64,000 nt of DNA from Occultella glacieicola (GCF_004353825.1 NZ_SMNA01000002.1:1-64000); one strand, 5' to 3'; shown: positions 30,417 to 41,769, numbered from the stretch's first letter. A program made the numbers and translations. Notes: a model not told the origin generated them from the letters alone.

Positions 30417-32215
30417 TCAGAACGGCGGTGGCGCGTCGGGTGGACGTGGTGGGTGCAGGGTGCCGTAGACCACGTGGCCGAGGAAGGTCCGGGTGCCGTC
30501 ACGTTCACGGCGGTAGCGCAGTCCGGCCGGGGTGGTCCACTCGAAGAGCCCGGGCTCGGCCTGCTCGACCCGGAACCCGCCGTGCGTCTTGATCAGGTGC
30601 TCACGCGTGCACATCGGGCCGAGGTTGTCCTCCGACGTGGTTCCGCCCGCGGCGTCACCGGGCTCGTCGGCACCTTCGGGCGAGTGGATCCAGGCCACGG
30701 TGTGGTCGAGATCGCACCCGGACGCCGGGCGCGAGCAGCCGGGACCCACACAGGTCCGGTCGCGCGCGACGATGTGGTCGGCCAGCTCCTGCGTGGGCCG
30801 GTAGCGGGTGTGACCCAGATCGAGCACCGCATGCGTGAGCGGATCGGTGACCAGTCGACGCCAGATCCCGCCGGCCGCGATCGCCCTCGCGGCGGTCGGC
30901 GTGATCGGCACGTACCCGGTCAGGATCGGGACGGTCTCAGGATCGATCGAGGTCTTGGGTGGGCTCGGATGGGTGTCGTGGATCTGCTCGGCCCGACCGC
31001 CGCGCCCGCTCCACGGACGACGACCGACTCCGAGCGCTTCACCCGTGCCGATCGCCCCATCAGGGCAGGGCTGCGCTCCACGATCGGCGCCAGGCCCGGC
31101 GTTGCCGGACCCGTCGGCCGCAAGGAGGTGCTCGAGCGCGACTGTCACATGGATCTCGGGTCGGCGCCCGCCGTTGGACGCGAGGTCGGTATCGGTCCCG
31201 GGAAACCGGCCGCCGGCCAGGGCGAGCGCCCCGACGTCGGTCAGGATGTCGAAGCGCAACTGGTCCAGGGTGCGTGGATCGCCGGCGGTTCGCGCCGCCC
31301 GTGCGGCACCGTCCAGGGCCACATCCAGAGTGAGCACCTGGTCGGCGGGGCCGGACACCCACACCGAGGCCTCCCCGTCCGGCAGGGTCCTGGGGCGGGT
31401 GACCTTCCTGGACCTGGCCCGGCGTTGGGCGCGAGCCTGTGCCTGCGCCGGGTCGACGCTGATCAGTGCCTTCGCGACATCCGATCGCACCTGTCCCGGG
31501 GTGCGGTCGGGCGCCTTGGGCAGCACCAGGTCCTCCACCGCCATGGCCACCTCGCCCGGCACGTCCACCAGCGACTCCGCCATGATCTTCGCCTTGGCCG
31601 GATCGATCCGGCCGACGGCGAGGGCGGCGCCGGTGCCGACCAGTATCGACGTGAACATGGTCCCCTGACGTATCAGCGACAGGCACTCGTTCCGCGTGGT
31701 CGTCAGCCGCATCGCCAACTCGTCACCGGCGGTGGACGTCTGCCCCTGCGTGAACATCTCCAGGGCGGGCTGGTTCATCGCGGCTCGCTCGGCAAGGACC
31801 GCAGCGGCGCGGGTCAGGGTATCGTGCGCGGCCGCCTCGAGCCGCCGGGCAGCGGCCGCGACCTCCACCAGGACCGCTTCGTCGACGGTGTCGAGGTCGA
31901 GCTCGGCGAGTTCGCCATCAGTTCCGGCGAGGGTGGCATCTGCGCGAGCCGCTGCACCAGCGGCGGGTTCTCGAGGCCGGCCAGGAACGCGGCGAGCTCC
32001 GTCTCGAGCAAGGTGTCCGACGGGTCCGACGCGTCCAACCGGCCCGCAACTGCAGAGTTGCCCACGGCACCGAGTCCCACCCCGTCAGGTGCAAGCAGGA
32101 CCTCCCACTCCCAGGCCAGGCGCACCGTGGCGACGTCCGCGGCAGGGAAGATCTGCACCCGGGCAGGGTCGAGACCCCCACCCTCGGGTGGCCCGCCGAC
32201 CGACTCCGTTGCCAT
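30417..32215 (-). pseudogene. DUF222 (13E12-repeat) HNH endonuclease with a 1-nt frameshift near 31913
   Basis: GDPRTLDQLRFD, RRLVTDP, RDRTCVGPGC..CDLDH..NLGPMCTREH. The upstream frame (ATG 32215) joins the downstream frame at ATG GC|GAA CTC. Confidence 0.75.
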
Positions 32216-32246
32216 ACCCACTACGCTACGACCGACCCCTGACATC
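32216..32246 (-). promoter_or_regulatory. PafBC/RecA-NDp-type DNA-damage promoter (TGTCAG-N10-TAGCGT), leaderless
   Basis: TGTCAG at 32244-32239, 10-nt spacer, TAGCGT at 32228-32223, 7 nt, then ATG 32215. Confidence 0.8.
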
Positions 32247-32382
32247 GCCTCGAACACGGGCCTCGCCGGGGAATCCCTGCACCTCTGGACCGCAGCCTCG
32301 ACCTCAGCCTCCCGACCTTGAGCGGCGGCGGATGCGAGTCAATCCACTTGATCGCGAGGCGGGTGACTGCCACGGTGCCCTC

Positions 32383-32934
32383 ATGCCTGCCGCGGTCGCA
32401 CCGACGCCAGCCGATCTCCCCCGCACGGGCCCGATGCGTCTGGTCCTGCTGGGCGGCGCGCCCGGCGTCGGGAAGTCCACCGTCGCCCGCGAGTTCCTGA
32501 GCCTCGCGGCCGACGGCTCGGTCCTCGTGCAGTGGGTCGATGTCGACTCGCTCTGGGCGCACCAGCCCTGGGAGGTCACTGAGCGGACGACCGCCATGGT
32601 CCAGGCGAACCTGCGCGCCGTGATCGCCAACGCGGACGCCGCCGGTATCGAACTGCTGCTGGTGACCTGGGTGTTCCAGGACACCAGCATGCAGGACCTG
32701 GTCCGTACCCTCGCGCCACCCGCGCTCCCAACGGTCAGCGTGCAGCTGCATGCGGAGCCCGAGACCTGGCGACACCGGTTCGAGAGCGACTCGGCACGTC
32801 CCGAACTCGACGACTTCTATCGGCGCCGCTACATCGAGGCGCAACGGACGCCGTCGGACCATGTGCTGCACTCCGACGGAAAGGATGCCCGTGCGCTAGC
32901 GCGCGAACTGGGGCAACTCCTGACGGGCTGCTGA
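32383..32934 (+). CDS. Small P-loop NTPase / nucleotide-kinase-like (AAA_33-like) protein
   Basis: LVLLGGAPGVGKST, WVDVD. Start at 32383 or 32434. Confidence 0.8.
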   Translation: MPAAVAPTPADLPRTGPMRLVLLGGAPGVGKSTVAREFLSLAADGSVLVQWVDVDSLWAHQPWEVTERTTAMVQANLRAVIANADAAGIELLLVTWVFQDTSMQDLVRTLAPPALPTVSVQLHAEPETWRHRFESDSARPELDDFYRRRYIEAQRTPSDHVLHSDGKDARALARELGQLLTGC

Positions 32935-32949
32935 CCGAGTTCCGACCGG

Positions 32950-33516
32950 TCAGTCCATCTCGGGAAATGCGACGTAGAAGGACGCGTCGAGATCTTCGCC
33001 GAGACCCACCAGGTAGTGACTCTCGAGCACCTTCCCGGTGGCCGCGCTCGCTGCGTCAAGGTCCGCGATCACCAACAATCGCTGTTCCTCCGGGCCAACC
33101 TCCTGGAACTGCTCGTACAGCTGCGTGGGCGGTGCGTCGCCGTCCGACACCACGCTGCCGTCCGGATTGGTGGCTGCCTCGGTGGCGGCGTCATCGGTGA
33201 ACCCGGGCACGCCCGCCGACTCCGACCAGCCGACGAAGACGCAGTAGTACAGGACGTCGACCGGCAGGCACCACGGTTGGCCGGCGTCGATCGCCTCCGT
33301 CATCGCGGTGAGGTCACCGACGCTCACCTGATCGTGGCCCTCGGTGAGGGCTTCGAGCACGACGTCCCGGTCCCAGGTCCGCGCCGTGGTGGTCGCGCTC
33401 GGCGCCGGGGACGTTGTCTCCTCCCCCGTGTCCGCCCCGCTCACGGTGCACGCCGCGAGAGCCGACGCCAGCGACAACACCCCGAGTCCTGCCATCCGGC
33501 CACGTCCACGCCGCAT
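32950..33516 (-). CDS. Hypothetical lipoprotein
   Basis: Basic N-terminus, hydrophobic stretch, lipobox LAAC, T/S/P linker. Confidence 0.7.
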   Translation of the reverse strand: MRRGRGRMAGLGVLSLASALAACTVSGADTGEETTSPAPSATTTARTWDRDVVLEALTEGHDQVSVGDLTAMTEAIDAGQPWCLPVDVLYYCVFVGWSESAGVPGFTDDAATEAATNPDGSVVSDGDAPPTQLYEQFQEVGPEEQRLLVIADLDAASAATGKVLESHYLVGLGEDLDASFYVAFPEMD

Positions 33517-33584
33517 CGCGGTCCCTAGTCCCCTCAACCCGATATCCGCCAGGGACAATACCGCTCGGTGTCCGCCCCGCGCAG

Positions 33585-34589
33585 TCAGCTGCGCTCGAGG
33601 ATCTGCCCCCGCCGGTCCGCCCAGGCGAGCGCGGAGGCGATCGCCTCCTCCAGGGTGAGTTCGGCCCGCCACCCGAGCAACGCCGTCGCCCTGTCGACGT
33701 TCGCGAAGGCCCCGACGGCGTCGCCCGGTCTGGGTGGGGCCGTCACCGTGGGCACCTCGGTTCCGGCGACCCGCTCGAACGCGGTGACCAGTTCGCGCAC
33801 CGTGACGCCCGAGCCGGTGCCCACATTGATGATCACGCTCGGGGCATGGACTCCCGCCAGGACGTCGTCGAACGCCTCGACCGCGCGCACATGGGCGCGC
33901 GCCAGGTCCCAGACGTGGATGTAGTCGCGGATGCCGGTGCCGTCGCGAGTGGGCAGGTCGGTGCCGGTGATCGTGAAGGCCTCCTGTTCGCCGCGGGCGG
34001 CGAGCACGAGCTGGCCGAGCACGTGCGAGGGCTCCTTGTCGTAGATCCCGCTGGTCAGGTCCGGGTCGGAGCCGATCGGGTTGAAGTACCGCAGGATCAC
34101 CGCGCGCAGGTCGGTGGCGGCGGCGAGGTCCTGCAGGATCTGCTCCATGATGCGTTTGGTGCGCGCGTACGGGGACGTCGGCTCCAGCGGGTCCGCCTCG
34201 GTGACCTCGAAGCCCTCCTTCGGCGCATACAGCGACGCGGACGAGGAGAACAGCACCCGCGGCTTGCCGAGCGCGGTCAGTTCGTCGAAGAGCTCCAGCG
34301 ACTTCGCGACGTTGTCCCGGTAGTACAGGTACGGCTGCGCCACCGACTCCGGGACCACGATCCGGGCCGCCAGGTGGATGGTGGCCTCGAGGTCCGGGTG
34401 CTCGGCGACGATGCGGCGGAGCAGGTCACGGTCGGCGACGTCGCCCTCGTAGAAGATCCGGCCGGTGGTGAACACCCGCGGGCCGCTGAGCAGGGAGTCC
34501 AGGATCACCGGGGTGTGCCCGGCCTGCTCGAGCGCCGTCGCGGTCACCGACCCGATGTAGCCGGCCCCGCCGGTGACCAGGATCTTCAT
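33585..34589 (-). CDS. galE: UDP-glucose 4-epimerase
   Basis: MKILVTGGAGYIGS, FSSSA, YARTK, LRYFNPIG, DGTGIRDYIHV. Leaderless TAGGCT-7-ATG. Confidence 0.93.
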   Translation of the reverse strand: MKILVTGGAGYIGSVTATALEQAGHTPVILDSLLSGPRVFTTGRIFYEGDVADRDLLRRIVAEHPDLEATIHLAARIVVPESVAQPYLYYRDNVAKSLELFDELTALGKPRVLFSSSASLYAPKEGFEVTEADPLEPTSPYARTKRIMEQILQDLAAATDLRAVILRYFNPIGSDPDLTSGIYDKEPSHVLGQLVLAARGEQEAFTITGTDLPTRDGTGIRDYIHVWDLARAHVRAVEAFDDVLAGVHAPSVIINVGTGSGVTVRELVTAFERVAGTEVPTVTAPPRPGDAVGAFANVDRATALLGWRAELTLEEAIASALAWADRRGQILERS

Positions 34590-34650
34590 ACGCGCGAGCC
34601 TACTGGCCGGAGTCCGGACCGGTCCCCGGAGGGTCGGGTCGCCCGGCGCG

Positions 34651-35046
34651 TCAGGGAAGCACTCCTGAGGGCCGGTCCAGGTGCGCCCCGGCGCCGACCG
34701 CGTACGCCGCCGCGACCCAGCCGGCGAACTCCTCGTCCAGCTGGGTGAGCTCGTCCACCCGGAAGTGGTGCACGAAAAGCCGCCTCGTGTACGGCGCGGC
34801 GCTGCGGATGCGCGGGTCCTCCACCCGCCGCTGCAGGTCCAGGTAGCCGACCAGCTGCCCACGGTCGGTGGGCCGGGCACCGGCGAAACCACGGCGGACG
34901 CCCTTGAACGTGATGGTGGTCTTGGAGACGGCGTACGTGAACGGGCCACAGCCGGCGACCAGTTCGACGAACCGTTCGTAGAGGGCGACCCCCTCGTCGG
35001 GCTTGCCCCGCAGATGGTCGGCGACGGTCCACTCCACGATGTCCAC
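34651..35046 (-). CDS. DUF5655-like hypothetical protein
   Basis: SKTTITFKG.RRGFAG, HHFRV, LDEEFAGW..AY. Leaderless TAGGTT-6-GTG. Confidence 0.75.
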   Translation of the reverse strand: MDIVEWTVADHLRGKPDEGVALYERFVELVAGCGPFTYAVSKTTITFKGVRRGFAGARPTDRGQLVGYLDLQRRVEDPRIRSAAPYTRRLFVHHFRVDELTQLDEEFAGWVAAAYAVGAGAHLDRPSGVLP

Positions 35047-35063
35047 CGGAGCAACCTATGCCC

Positions 35064-36500
35064 TCATGTGTCCCGCCGGAACAGCGCCCGCGCCTCGGCG
35101 GCGAGGATCACCGAACCGGCCACCAGCACGCCGGTGCCGGAGGCGATCTGGTCGGCGTCACCCTGCTCGGCCAGGTCCGCGGCGAGGGCCACGGCCTCCC
35201 CGACGTGGTCGGCCACGTGCACCCGGTCGGAGTCGAACACGTCCCGGGCCAGATCGGCGAGGTCGTCGATGTCCATGGAGCGCATCGACGTGGACCGGGT
35301 GATGACCACCTCGTCGAGGGCCGGCTCGAGGACGGACAGGATGCCCTCGGCGTCCTTGTCCGCCATGATCCCGACCACGCCCACCAGCCGGTGGAACGCG
35401 AACGCCTCCTCGAGCGCCTCGACGAGCACCTGGGCGCCGGCCGGGTTGTGCGCGGCGTCGACGAGCACGGTGGGGCTGCGTCGGACCACCTCGAGGCGCG
35501 CGGGCGAGTCCACGTCGGCGAACGCGGCCTCGACCACCGAGCCGTCGAGGGCTCCCCCACCGGTGAACTGCTCGACCGCCGCGAGCGCGAGGAGTGCGTT
35601 CTGGGCCTGGTGGGCGCCGTGCAGGGGCAGGAAGACCTCGGTGTAGAGGCCGCCGGTGCCGCGCAGGTCGATCAGCTGGCCGCCGACGGCGACGGTCCGG
35701 TTCACCACCTCGATGTCGTAGCCCTGCGCGATCACGCGGGCGCCGCGGGCCCTGGCGGTGTCGGCGATGATGACGGCGGCTTCCTCGGGCTGCTCGGCGG
35801 TCACCACGATGGCACCCGGGTCGAGCGCCTTGATGATGCCGGACTTCACGGTGGCGATCTCCGTGATCGTGTGCCCGAGCCAGCGCTCGTGGTCCCGGGA
35901 GATCGGCGTGAACACCGCCACCTCGCCGTCGACGACGTTGGTGGAGTCCCATTCCCCGCCGAGGCCCACCTCGACCACGGCCACGTCCACCGGGGCGTCG
36001 GCGAAGGCCGCGAACGCGAACCCGGCGAGCACCTCGAAGAAGCTCAGCCGGGACTGCCCCTTCTCCGCCAGTTGGGCATCCACGATCGCCACGTACGGCT
36101 CGATGTCGCGCCAGACCTCCACGAACCGCACCGCGGAGATCGGCTCACCGTCGATCGCGATCCGCTCCCGCACCGTGTGCAGATGGGGGGACGTGAACCG
36201 ACCCGTGCGCAGCCCCAGCTCCCGCAGCAGCCGCTCGACCATCCGGGACGTGGACGTCTTGCCGTTCGTGCCGGTGAGGTGGATCGCCCGGAACGACTTC
36301 TGCGGGTCCCCCAGCAGCTCGACCAGAGCGGCGACCCGGTCGATGGTCGGGTCGATGTCGTGCTCGGGGGCCCGGGTCAGGATCTCCGAGTAGATGGCCT
36401 TGGCCTCGGCCTCGGCGGCCACCTCCGCGGCGCGCTCGGCCGGGGTGACCTTCCGCTCCTCGTCCTTGCCGAAGCCGTACCGGTGACTGGTGGTGTTCAT
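35064..36500 (-). CDS. folC: Folylpolyglutamate synthase / dihydrofolate synthase
   Basis: [39 protein letters not shown] overlap with ileS. Confidence 0.96.
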   Translation of the reverse strand: MNTTSHRYGFGKDEERKVTPAERAAEVAAEAEAKAIYSEILTRAPEHDIDPTIDRVAALVELLGDPQKSFRAIHLTGTNGKTSTSRMVERLLRELGLRTGRFTSPHLHTVRERIAIDGEPISAVRFVEVWRDIEPYVAIVDAQLAEKGQSRLSFFEVLAGFAFAAFADAPVDVAVVEVGLGGEWDSTNVVDGEVAVFTPISRDHERWLGHTITEIATVKSGIIKALDPGAIVVTAEQPEEAAVIIADTARARGARVIAQGYDIEVVNRTVAVGGQLIDLRGTGGLYTEVFLPLHGAHQAQNALLALAAVEQFTGGGALDGSVVEAAFADVDSPARLEVVRRSPTVLVDAAHNPAGAQVLVEALEEAFAFHRLVGVVGIMADKDAEGILSVLEPALDEVVITRSTSMRSMDIDDLADLARDVFDSDRVHVADHVGEAVALAADLAEQGDADQIASGTGVLVAGSVILAAEARALFRRDT

Positions 36501-39500
36501 GCGGTGACCTTCTCCAGATCGATCCCGACGCCGTGGTCGCCGTCATCCGAGACGACCGGCGACACGTCGACGGCGACCGAGAGCGCGAGCGTCTCGCCGG
36601 CGATGAAGTCCTTGCGGTCGGTGACGGCCTGCACCCACTGCCCGGGCACGGACAGTCGAAGCGAGATCCGGTCGGCCACGTGCAGGTCGGCCGCCTTGCG
36701 TGCGTCCTGCACCTGCCGGATCACGTCGCGGGCGTAGCCCTCCCCGATCAGGTCGTCGTCCAGCTCCAGGTCGAGCACCACGAACCCGCCGCCGTCGAGC
36801 ACCCCGGCGGCGATGGCGTCGCCGAAGCGGTCCTCGATCTCCGTGCTCAGCGAGTACTCGCCCTCCTCCAGGACGATCCCGGAGACCGTGACGACGCCGT
36901 CGGCGGACTGCTCCCAGGCCCCGGCCCGGGCGCCGCCGATGACCTTCTGGACGTCCTTGCCCAGGCGTGGCCCGGCCGCCCTGGCGTTCACGGTCAGTTT
37001 CGTGTACACGCCGTAGTCGGCGGCCGCGCCGTCGGCCAGGTCGAGCACCTGGACCTCCTTGACGTTGACCTCCTCGGCGATCAGGTCCGTGAACCGCGCG
37101 AGCGCTGCCGTATCGGAGACCACGGCGCGCACCTTCCGCAGCGGCTGGCGCACCCGCAGCTTGTTCGCCTTCCGCAGGCCGTGGGTGGTGGAGACGACGT
37201 CCCGCACCGCCTCCATGGCCGCGACCAGCTCGTCGTCGGCCAGCAGCGCCGCCGCGGTGGTGTCTGCGGCGTTCTCCGGGTCGGGGAAGTCGGTCAGGTG
37301 CACCGACCGGCCGCCGGTGAGCCCCCGCCAGACCTCCTCGGTGACCAGCGGCGCGAGCGGCGCCATCACCCGGGTGAGCACCTCGAGCGCGGTGTAGAGG
37401 GTGTTGTAGGAGCCTTCGTCCTCGTCCCAGAACCGCTGCCGGGAGGTGCGCACGTACCAGTTCGTCAGCATGTCCAGGTGCTCACGGACCCGCGCGCACG
37501 CGCCCGGGATGTCGTTGACCTCCAGGTCGGCGCGCACGCCGGTCACGAGCGTGCGGGTCCGGGCGAGCAGGTACCGGTCCATGACGTCGAGCCCGGCCAC
37601 CGCCTCGGGCGAGGGTGCGTGCGCGTCCAGCCCGGCGCCGTCGTTGCAGGTGTTCGCGTAGAGGCTGAAGAAGTACCAGGTGTTCCACAGCGGCAGCAGG
37701 ATCTGGCGGACGTTCTCCCGGATCCCCTCCTCGGTGACGATGAGGTTCCCGCCGCGCAGGATCGGCGAGGCCATCAGGAACCAGCGCATCGCATCGGACC
37801 CGTCCCGGTCGAACACCTCGTTCACGTCCGGGTAGTTGCGCAGCGACTTGCTCATCTTGCGCCCGTCCGAGCCGAGCACCACACCGTGGCACACGGAGGT
37901 CCGGAACGCGGGCCGGTCGAACAGGCCGGTGGCGAGCACGTGCAGCAGATAGAACCAGCCGCGGGTCTGGTTCACGTACTCGACGATGAAGTCGCCCGGG
38001 TAGTGATGCTCGAACCAGTCCGCGTTCTCGAACGGGTAGTGCACCTGCGCGAACGGCATCGACCCGGAGTCGAACCAGACGTCCAGCACGTCCGGGATGC
38101 GGCGCATCGTGGACGCCCCGGTCGGGTCGTCCGGGTTCGGCCGGGTCAGTTCGTCGATGTAGGGGCGGTGCAGATCGGTGACGGCCACCCCGAAGTCGGC
38201 CTCGAGGTCCGCGATCGAGCCGTACACGTCCACCCGAGGGTAGGCGGGGTCATCGCTCACCCACACCGGGATCGGCGTACCGAAGTACCGGTTGCGCGAG
38301 ATCGACCAGTCCCGGGCATTCGCTAGCCACTTGCCGAACTGGCCGTGCTTGATGTGCTCGGGAACCCAGGTGATCTCCTCGTTCAGCTCCACCATCCGGT
38401 CCCGGAACTCGGTGACCCGAACGAACCAGGAGCTCATCGCCTTGTAGATGAGCGGGTTCTTGCAGCGCCAGCAGTGCGGGTAGGAGTGGTCGTAGGTCTC
38501 GTGCCGCACCACCACGGGGCGCACCTGCGGCGCGAACTGCCCGACGGCGCCGCTTCCGTTCTTGAGGTCGGCGATCGCCTTGGGGTTCGCGTCGAAGACC
38601 TGCAGCCCGGCGTAGTCGGGCACCTCGGCGGTGAACTTCCCGGCCGCGTCCACCGGCACCACCGGGGTGATCCCGGCGGCGTCGCAGACAGCCATGTCGT
38701 CCTCACCGAACGCGGGCGCGAGGTGCACCAGGCCGGTGCCGTCCTCGGTGGAGACGAAGTCCGCGGCGAGCAGCCGGTGGGCGTTCTCGTGACCGGCGAA
38801 GTACGGGAACGGCGGCGTGTAGGACCGCCCGGCCAGCTCGGCACCGGTGAGCCGTTCCAGCACCTCGGGCTCGTCACCCAGCTCCCGGGCGTAGGCGCCG
38901 AGGCGGGAGTCCGCGAGCAGCACCTTCTCCCCCGCGAGCGCGCCCTCGGCCGGGCGCACCACGACGTAGGAGATCTCGGGCCCGACGGCGATCGCCAGGT
39001 TCGAGGGCAGCGTCCAGGGGGTGGTGGTCCAGATGAGCGCGAGCTCCCCGGTCTCCAGCCGCAGCCCGACGGTCAGGGCCGGGTCCTGGCGCATCTGGTA
39101 GACGTCGTCGTCCATCCGCAGCTCATGGTTGGACAGCGGCGTCTCGTCGCGCCAGCAGTACGGCAGGACGCGGTAGCCCTCGTAGGCCAGGCCCTTGTCG
39201 TAGAGGCGCTTGAACGCCCAGATCACCGACTCCATGTAGGTGACGTCGAGCGTCTTGTAGTCGTTCTCGAAGTCCACCCACCGGGCCTGCCGGGTGACGT
39301 ACTCCTCCCACTCCTTGGTGTAGCGGAGCACGGAGTCGCGGCAGGCCGCGTTGAAGGCCTCGATCCCCATCTCCTCGATCTCGGCCTTGGTGCTGATGCC
39401 GAGGATCCGCTCCGCCTCGAGTTCGGCCGGCAGTCCGTGCGTGTCCCAGCCGAACCGGCGCTCCACCCGCTTGCCCAGCATCGTCCGGAACCGGGGCACG

Positions 39501-39754
39501 ACGTCCTTGACGTACCCGGTCAGCAGGTGCCCGTAGTGCGGCAGTCCGTTCGCGAACGGCGGCCCGTCGTAGAAGACGAACTCGTTCGACCCGTCCTCGC
39601 CGGCCGGCCGCTGGTCGATCGAGGCCTGGAACGTGCCGTCGGAGTCCCAGTACGCGAGCACCCCCTCTTCGAGCTCGGGGAAACTCGGGGAGGGCGCTAC
39701 GCCGTCGGCCCGGGTGTGGCGGGGGTAGTGCTGCTCGCTCGGCTCGGTGGACAT
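36497..39754 (-). CDS. ileS: Isoleucine--tRNA ligase (IleRS2 type)
   Basis: [44 protein letters not shown]. Start at ATG 39754 with GAAGGA SD. Confidence 0.97.
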   Translation of the reverse strand: MSTEPSEQHYPRHTRADGVAPSPSFPELEEGVLAYWDSDGTFQASIDQRPAGEDGSNEFVFYDGPPFANGLPHYGHLLTGYVKDVVPRFRTMLGKRVERRFGWDTHGLPAELEAERILGISTKAEIEEMGIEAFNAACRDSVLRYTKEWEEYVTRQARWVDFENDYKTLDVTYMESVIWAFKRLYDKGLAYEGYRVLPYCWRDETPLSNHELRMDDDVYQMRQDPALTVGLRLETGELALIWTTTPWTLPSNLAIAVGPEISYVVVRPAEGALAGEKVLLADSRLGAYARELGDEPEVLERLTGAELAGRSYTPPFPYFAGHENAHRLLAADFVSTEDGTGLVHLAPAFGEDDMAVCDAAGITPVVPVDAAGKFTAEVPDYAGLQVFDANPKAIADLKNGSGAVGQFAPQVRPVVVRHETYDHSYPHCWRCKNPLIYKAMSSWFVRVTEFRDRMVELNEEITWVPEHIKHGQFGKWLANARDWSISRNRYFGTPIPVWVSDDPAYPRVDVYGSIADLEADFGVAVTDLHRPYIDELTRPNPDDPTGASTMRRIPDVLDVWFDSGSMPFAQVHYPFENADWFEHHYPGDFIVEYVNQTRGWFYLLHVLATGLFDRPAFRTSVCHGVVLGSDGRKMSKSLRNYPDVNEVFDRDGSDAMRWFLMASPILRGGNLIVTEEGIRENVRQILLPLWNTWYFFSLYANTCNDGAGLDAHAPSPEAVAGLDVMDRYLLARTRTLVTGVRADLEVNDIPGACARVREHLDMLTNWYVRTSRQRFWDEDEGSYNTLYTALEVLTRVMAPLAPLVTEEVWRGLTGGRSVHLTDFPDPENAADTTAAALLADDELVAAMEAVRDVVSTTHGLRKANKLRVRQPLRKVRAVVSDTAALARFTDLIAEEVNVKEVQVLDLADGAAADYGVYTKLTVNARAAGPRLGKDVQKVIGGARAGAWEQSADGVVTVSGIVLEEGEYSLSTEIEDRFGDAIAAGVLDGGGFVVLDLELDDDLIGEGYARDVIRQVQDARKAADLHVADRISLRLSVPGQWVQAVTDRKDFIAGETLALSVAVDVSPVVSDDGDHGVGIDLEKVTA

Positions 39755-39979
39755 CTGCGCGGATCCTTCGTAGTACGGACGTGCCTGCCGTACGAGGACG
39801 ATGCGCACCCGGGTTTGGGGCGTACCGCGGTACCACCTCGCTTGCCGGCCGCCCGAGGGCACCCGACCGCTCCTTGCGGGCTGTGACGGGCCCACCCGTT
39901 CGGTTCTACTGGGCCGGCCCGCGGGCGGGTCGGCCGTTCTTCCGAAGGCTCACCGGTGATGGCCGGGTCGATGCCTCTG
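39755..39979 (-). ncRNA. Translational ileS T-box riboswitch (ultrashort stem I, AUC specifier)
   Basis: CCGG-CCATCA-CCGG hairpin (ATC at 39960-39958), GAA/AGTA S-turn stem II, ACGGG/CCCGT stem IIA, T-box AAGCGAGGTGGTACCGCG (39843-39826), SD-sequestering helix; -10 TAGACT at 39990-39985. Confidence 0.93.
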
Positions 39980-40022
39980 GGGCGAGTCTAGCGCCGACGT
40001 CACGCTGATTCGTCAGCCCCTG

Positions 40023-41357
40023 TCACCGCCCAGGTGCTCGGACGCCGCGCAGCACGCCTGGGCCGAGGTCACCGATCGACGTGCATCCGGCCAGCCCGAG
40101 CGTGATGTCGAGCTCGGCGAGGATGTTCCGGATCACCTCGCGCACACCGTCCTCGCCGGCGACGCCGAGACCGTAGGCGTAGGGCCGTCCGATCGCGACG
40201 GCGGTGGCGCCCAGGGCGAGCGCGATGACGGCGTCCGATCCGTGCCGTACGCCCGAGTCGAACACGATCGGCACCCTTCCGCCGATTCGGCGCGCGATCT
40301 CCGGCAGCACGTCGAGGGTCGGCACCGACCGGTCGACCTGGCGTCCGCCGTGGTTCGAGACCCAGACGCCGTCCACGCCCGCGTCGAGCGCCCGCTCGGC
40401 GTCGTCCGGGTGCACGATGCCCTTCAGCAGGATCGGCAGGTCGGTCCACGCCCGCGCCTTCGCAAGATCGTCCCAGGTGAGCGTGGGGGTCGAGAACACC
40501 TCGAGGAAGGTCTCGACCGCGGCACGCGGCAACGGCGAGCGCAGGTTCTCGCGGATGCTCCGCGAGCCCGTGACCGGTGCCCCCTTGCGTGCGATCCGGA
40601 CACCCGCGGCGACCGCCCTCGGGGTGATCCGGACCGGCGGCTGCTCGTCCGCGCTCGCCGGACCCGCGGCCGCGCCGGCGCGCTCACGCACGAGGTCCTT
40701 GAACACCGGGTCGCTCGTGTACTGGGCGATGCCCAGCCCGCGCGTGAACGGCAGATACGCGAGGTCCAGGTCCCGGGTGCGCCAGCCGAGTAGATGGGTG
40801 TCGAGGGTCACGACGATCGCCTCGCAGCCGGACGCCGCGGCCCGCCGCAGCAGGGAGGCGTTGAGAGACTCGGACGCCGACCAGTAGAGCTGGAACAGGC
40901 GTGAGCCGCCGGGCGCGGCGTCGGCCACCTGCGCCATCGGGAACGACGCCTGGCTCGACAGCGTGTAGGGGACGCCGAGCGAGGCGGCCGCTCGCGCGAC
41001 CGCGAGATCCGCCTCCGGATGGGCCAGCTCCATGACCCCGAGCGGCGCAAGCAGCAGTGGTGTCGGGCGGCGCCGGCCGAGGAGGTCGATCGACAGGTCA
41101 CGGACCGACACGTCGCGCAGGGGCCGCGGCCACACCTGCCATCGATCGAACGCCGCCAGGTTGGCCGCCACGGTCCGCTCGTCGCCGGCACCACCGGCGA
41201 GGTAGGCGAACGCCTCGGGGCTGAGTGCCTTGCGGGCGGCCGCCTCCAGGGCGACGGCGCCGACCGGCACGCGCGGTCGCGTACCGCTGATGCCGGCACG
41301 GAAGATCTCGGACTGGGTGCGCCGACCCACGCCGTCGGGGCGGGCTGTGCCGCTCAC
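40023..41357 (-). CDS. FMN-dependent alpha-hydroxy acid oxidase (lactate 2-monooxygenase-like)
   Basis: LFQLYW, TLDT, LKGI, SNHGGRQVD, DSGVR, IGRPY. Start at GTG 41357. Confidence 0.92.
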   Translation of the reverse strand: MSGTARPDGVGRRTQSEIFRAGISGTRPRVPVGAVALEAAARKALSPEAFAYLAGGAGDERTVAANLAAFDRWQVWPRPLRDVSVRDLSIDLLGRRRPTPLLLAPLGVMELAHPEADLAVARAAASLGVPYTLSSQASFPMAQVADAAPGGSRLFQLYWSASESLNASLLRRAAASGCEAIVVTLDTHLLGWRTRDLDLAYLPFTRGLGIAQYTSDPVFKDLVRERAGAAAGPASADEQPPVRITPRAVAAGVRIARKGAPVTGSRSIRENLRSPLPRAAVETFLEVFSTPTLTWDDLAKARAWTDLPILLKGIVHPDDAERALDAGVDGVWVSNHGGRQVDRSVPTLDVLPEIARRIGGRVPIVFDSGVRHGSDAVIALALGATAVAIGRPYAYGLGVAGEDGVREVIRNILAELDITLGLAGCTSIGDLGPGVLRGVRAPGR

Positions 41358-41376
41358 CTGCCGGCCACCGGGCCGG

Positions 41377-41691
41377 TCACCGCCCCTGGTCGGGGTCGGG
41401 CCAGTGCACCGAGGAGTCGTAGTCGTGATGGCGGCGCACGTAGGCGGCGATGAACGGGCAGTAGGGCACAATCGTCTCGCCGCGGGCGACGGTGTCGTCC
41501 AGAGCGCCGCGGGCCAGGGCACTACCCAGGCCCTGACCTCCGAACTCCTCCTCGACGACGGTGTGGCTGAACGCGGTGCCGGCCGCCTCGGAGTGGAACG
41601 CCGCGATGCCGGCCCTGGTCCCTCCCACCCAGATCTCGTACTGTCCCTCCGCGTCGTTGCGGACGATCGTCGGTACCTCGGTCTGGCTCAC
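41377..41691 (-). CDS. Small GNAT acetyltransferase (YjdJ-like)
   Basis: HTVV.EEFGGQGLG, IVPYCPF. Confidence 0.88.
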   Translation of the reverse strand: MSQTEVPTIVRNDAEGQYEIWVGGTRAGIAAFHSEAAGTAFSHTVVEEEFGGQGLGSALARGALDDTVARGETIVPYCPFIAAYVRRHHDYDSSVHWPDPDQGR

Positions 41692-41769
41692 CCGTGGTCT
41701 TCCCCTCGTGACGTGATGACCCCGGGCGTCCCTGCCCGGGCGTGTCTGCCTGCCCCGCGATCCACCGTA

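Noticed and set aside
30417..32215. DUF222-HNH gene as an IS or active mobile element
   Set aside because: No terminal inverted repeats, target duplication or transposase motif was seen.
32250..32265. TCGAAC LexA half-site upstream of the HNH gene
   Set aside because: The second half (GTTCGA after 4 nt) is missing, so it is not a supportable SOS box.
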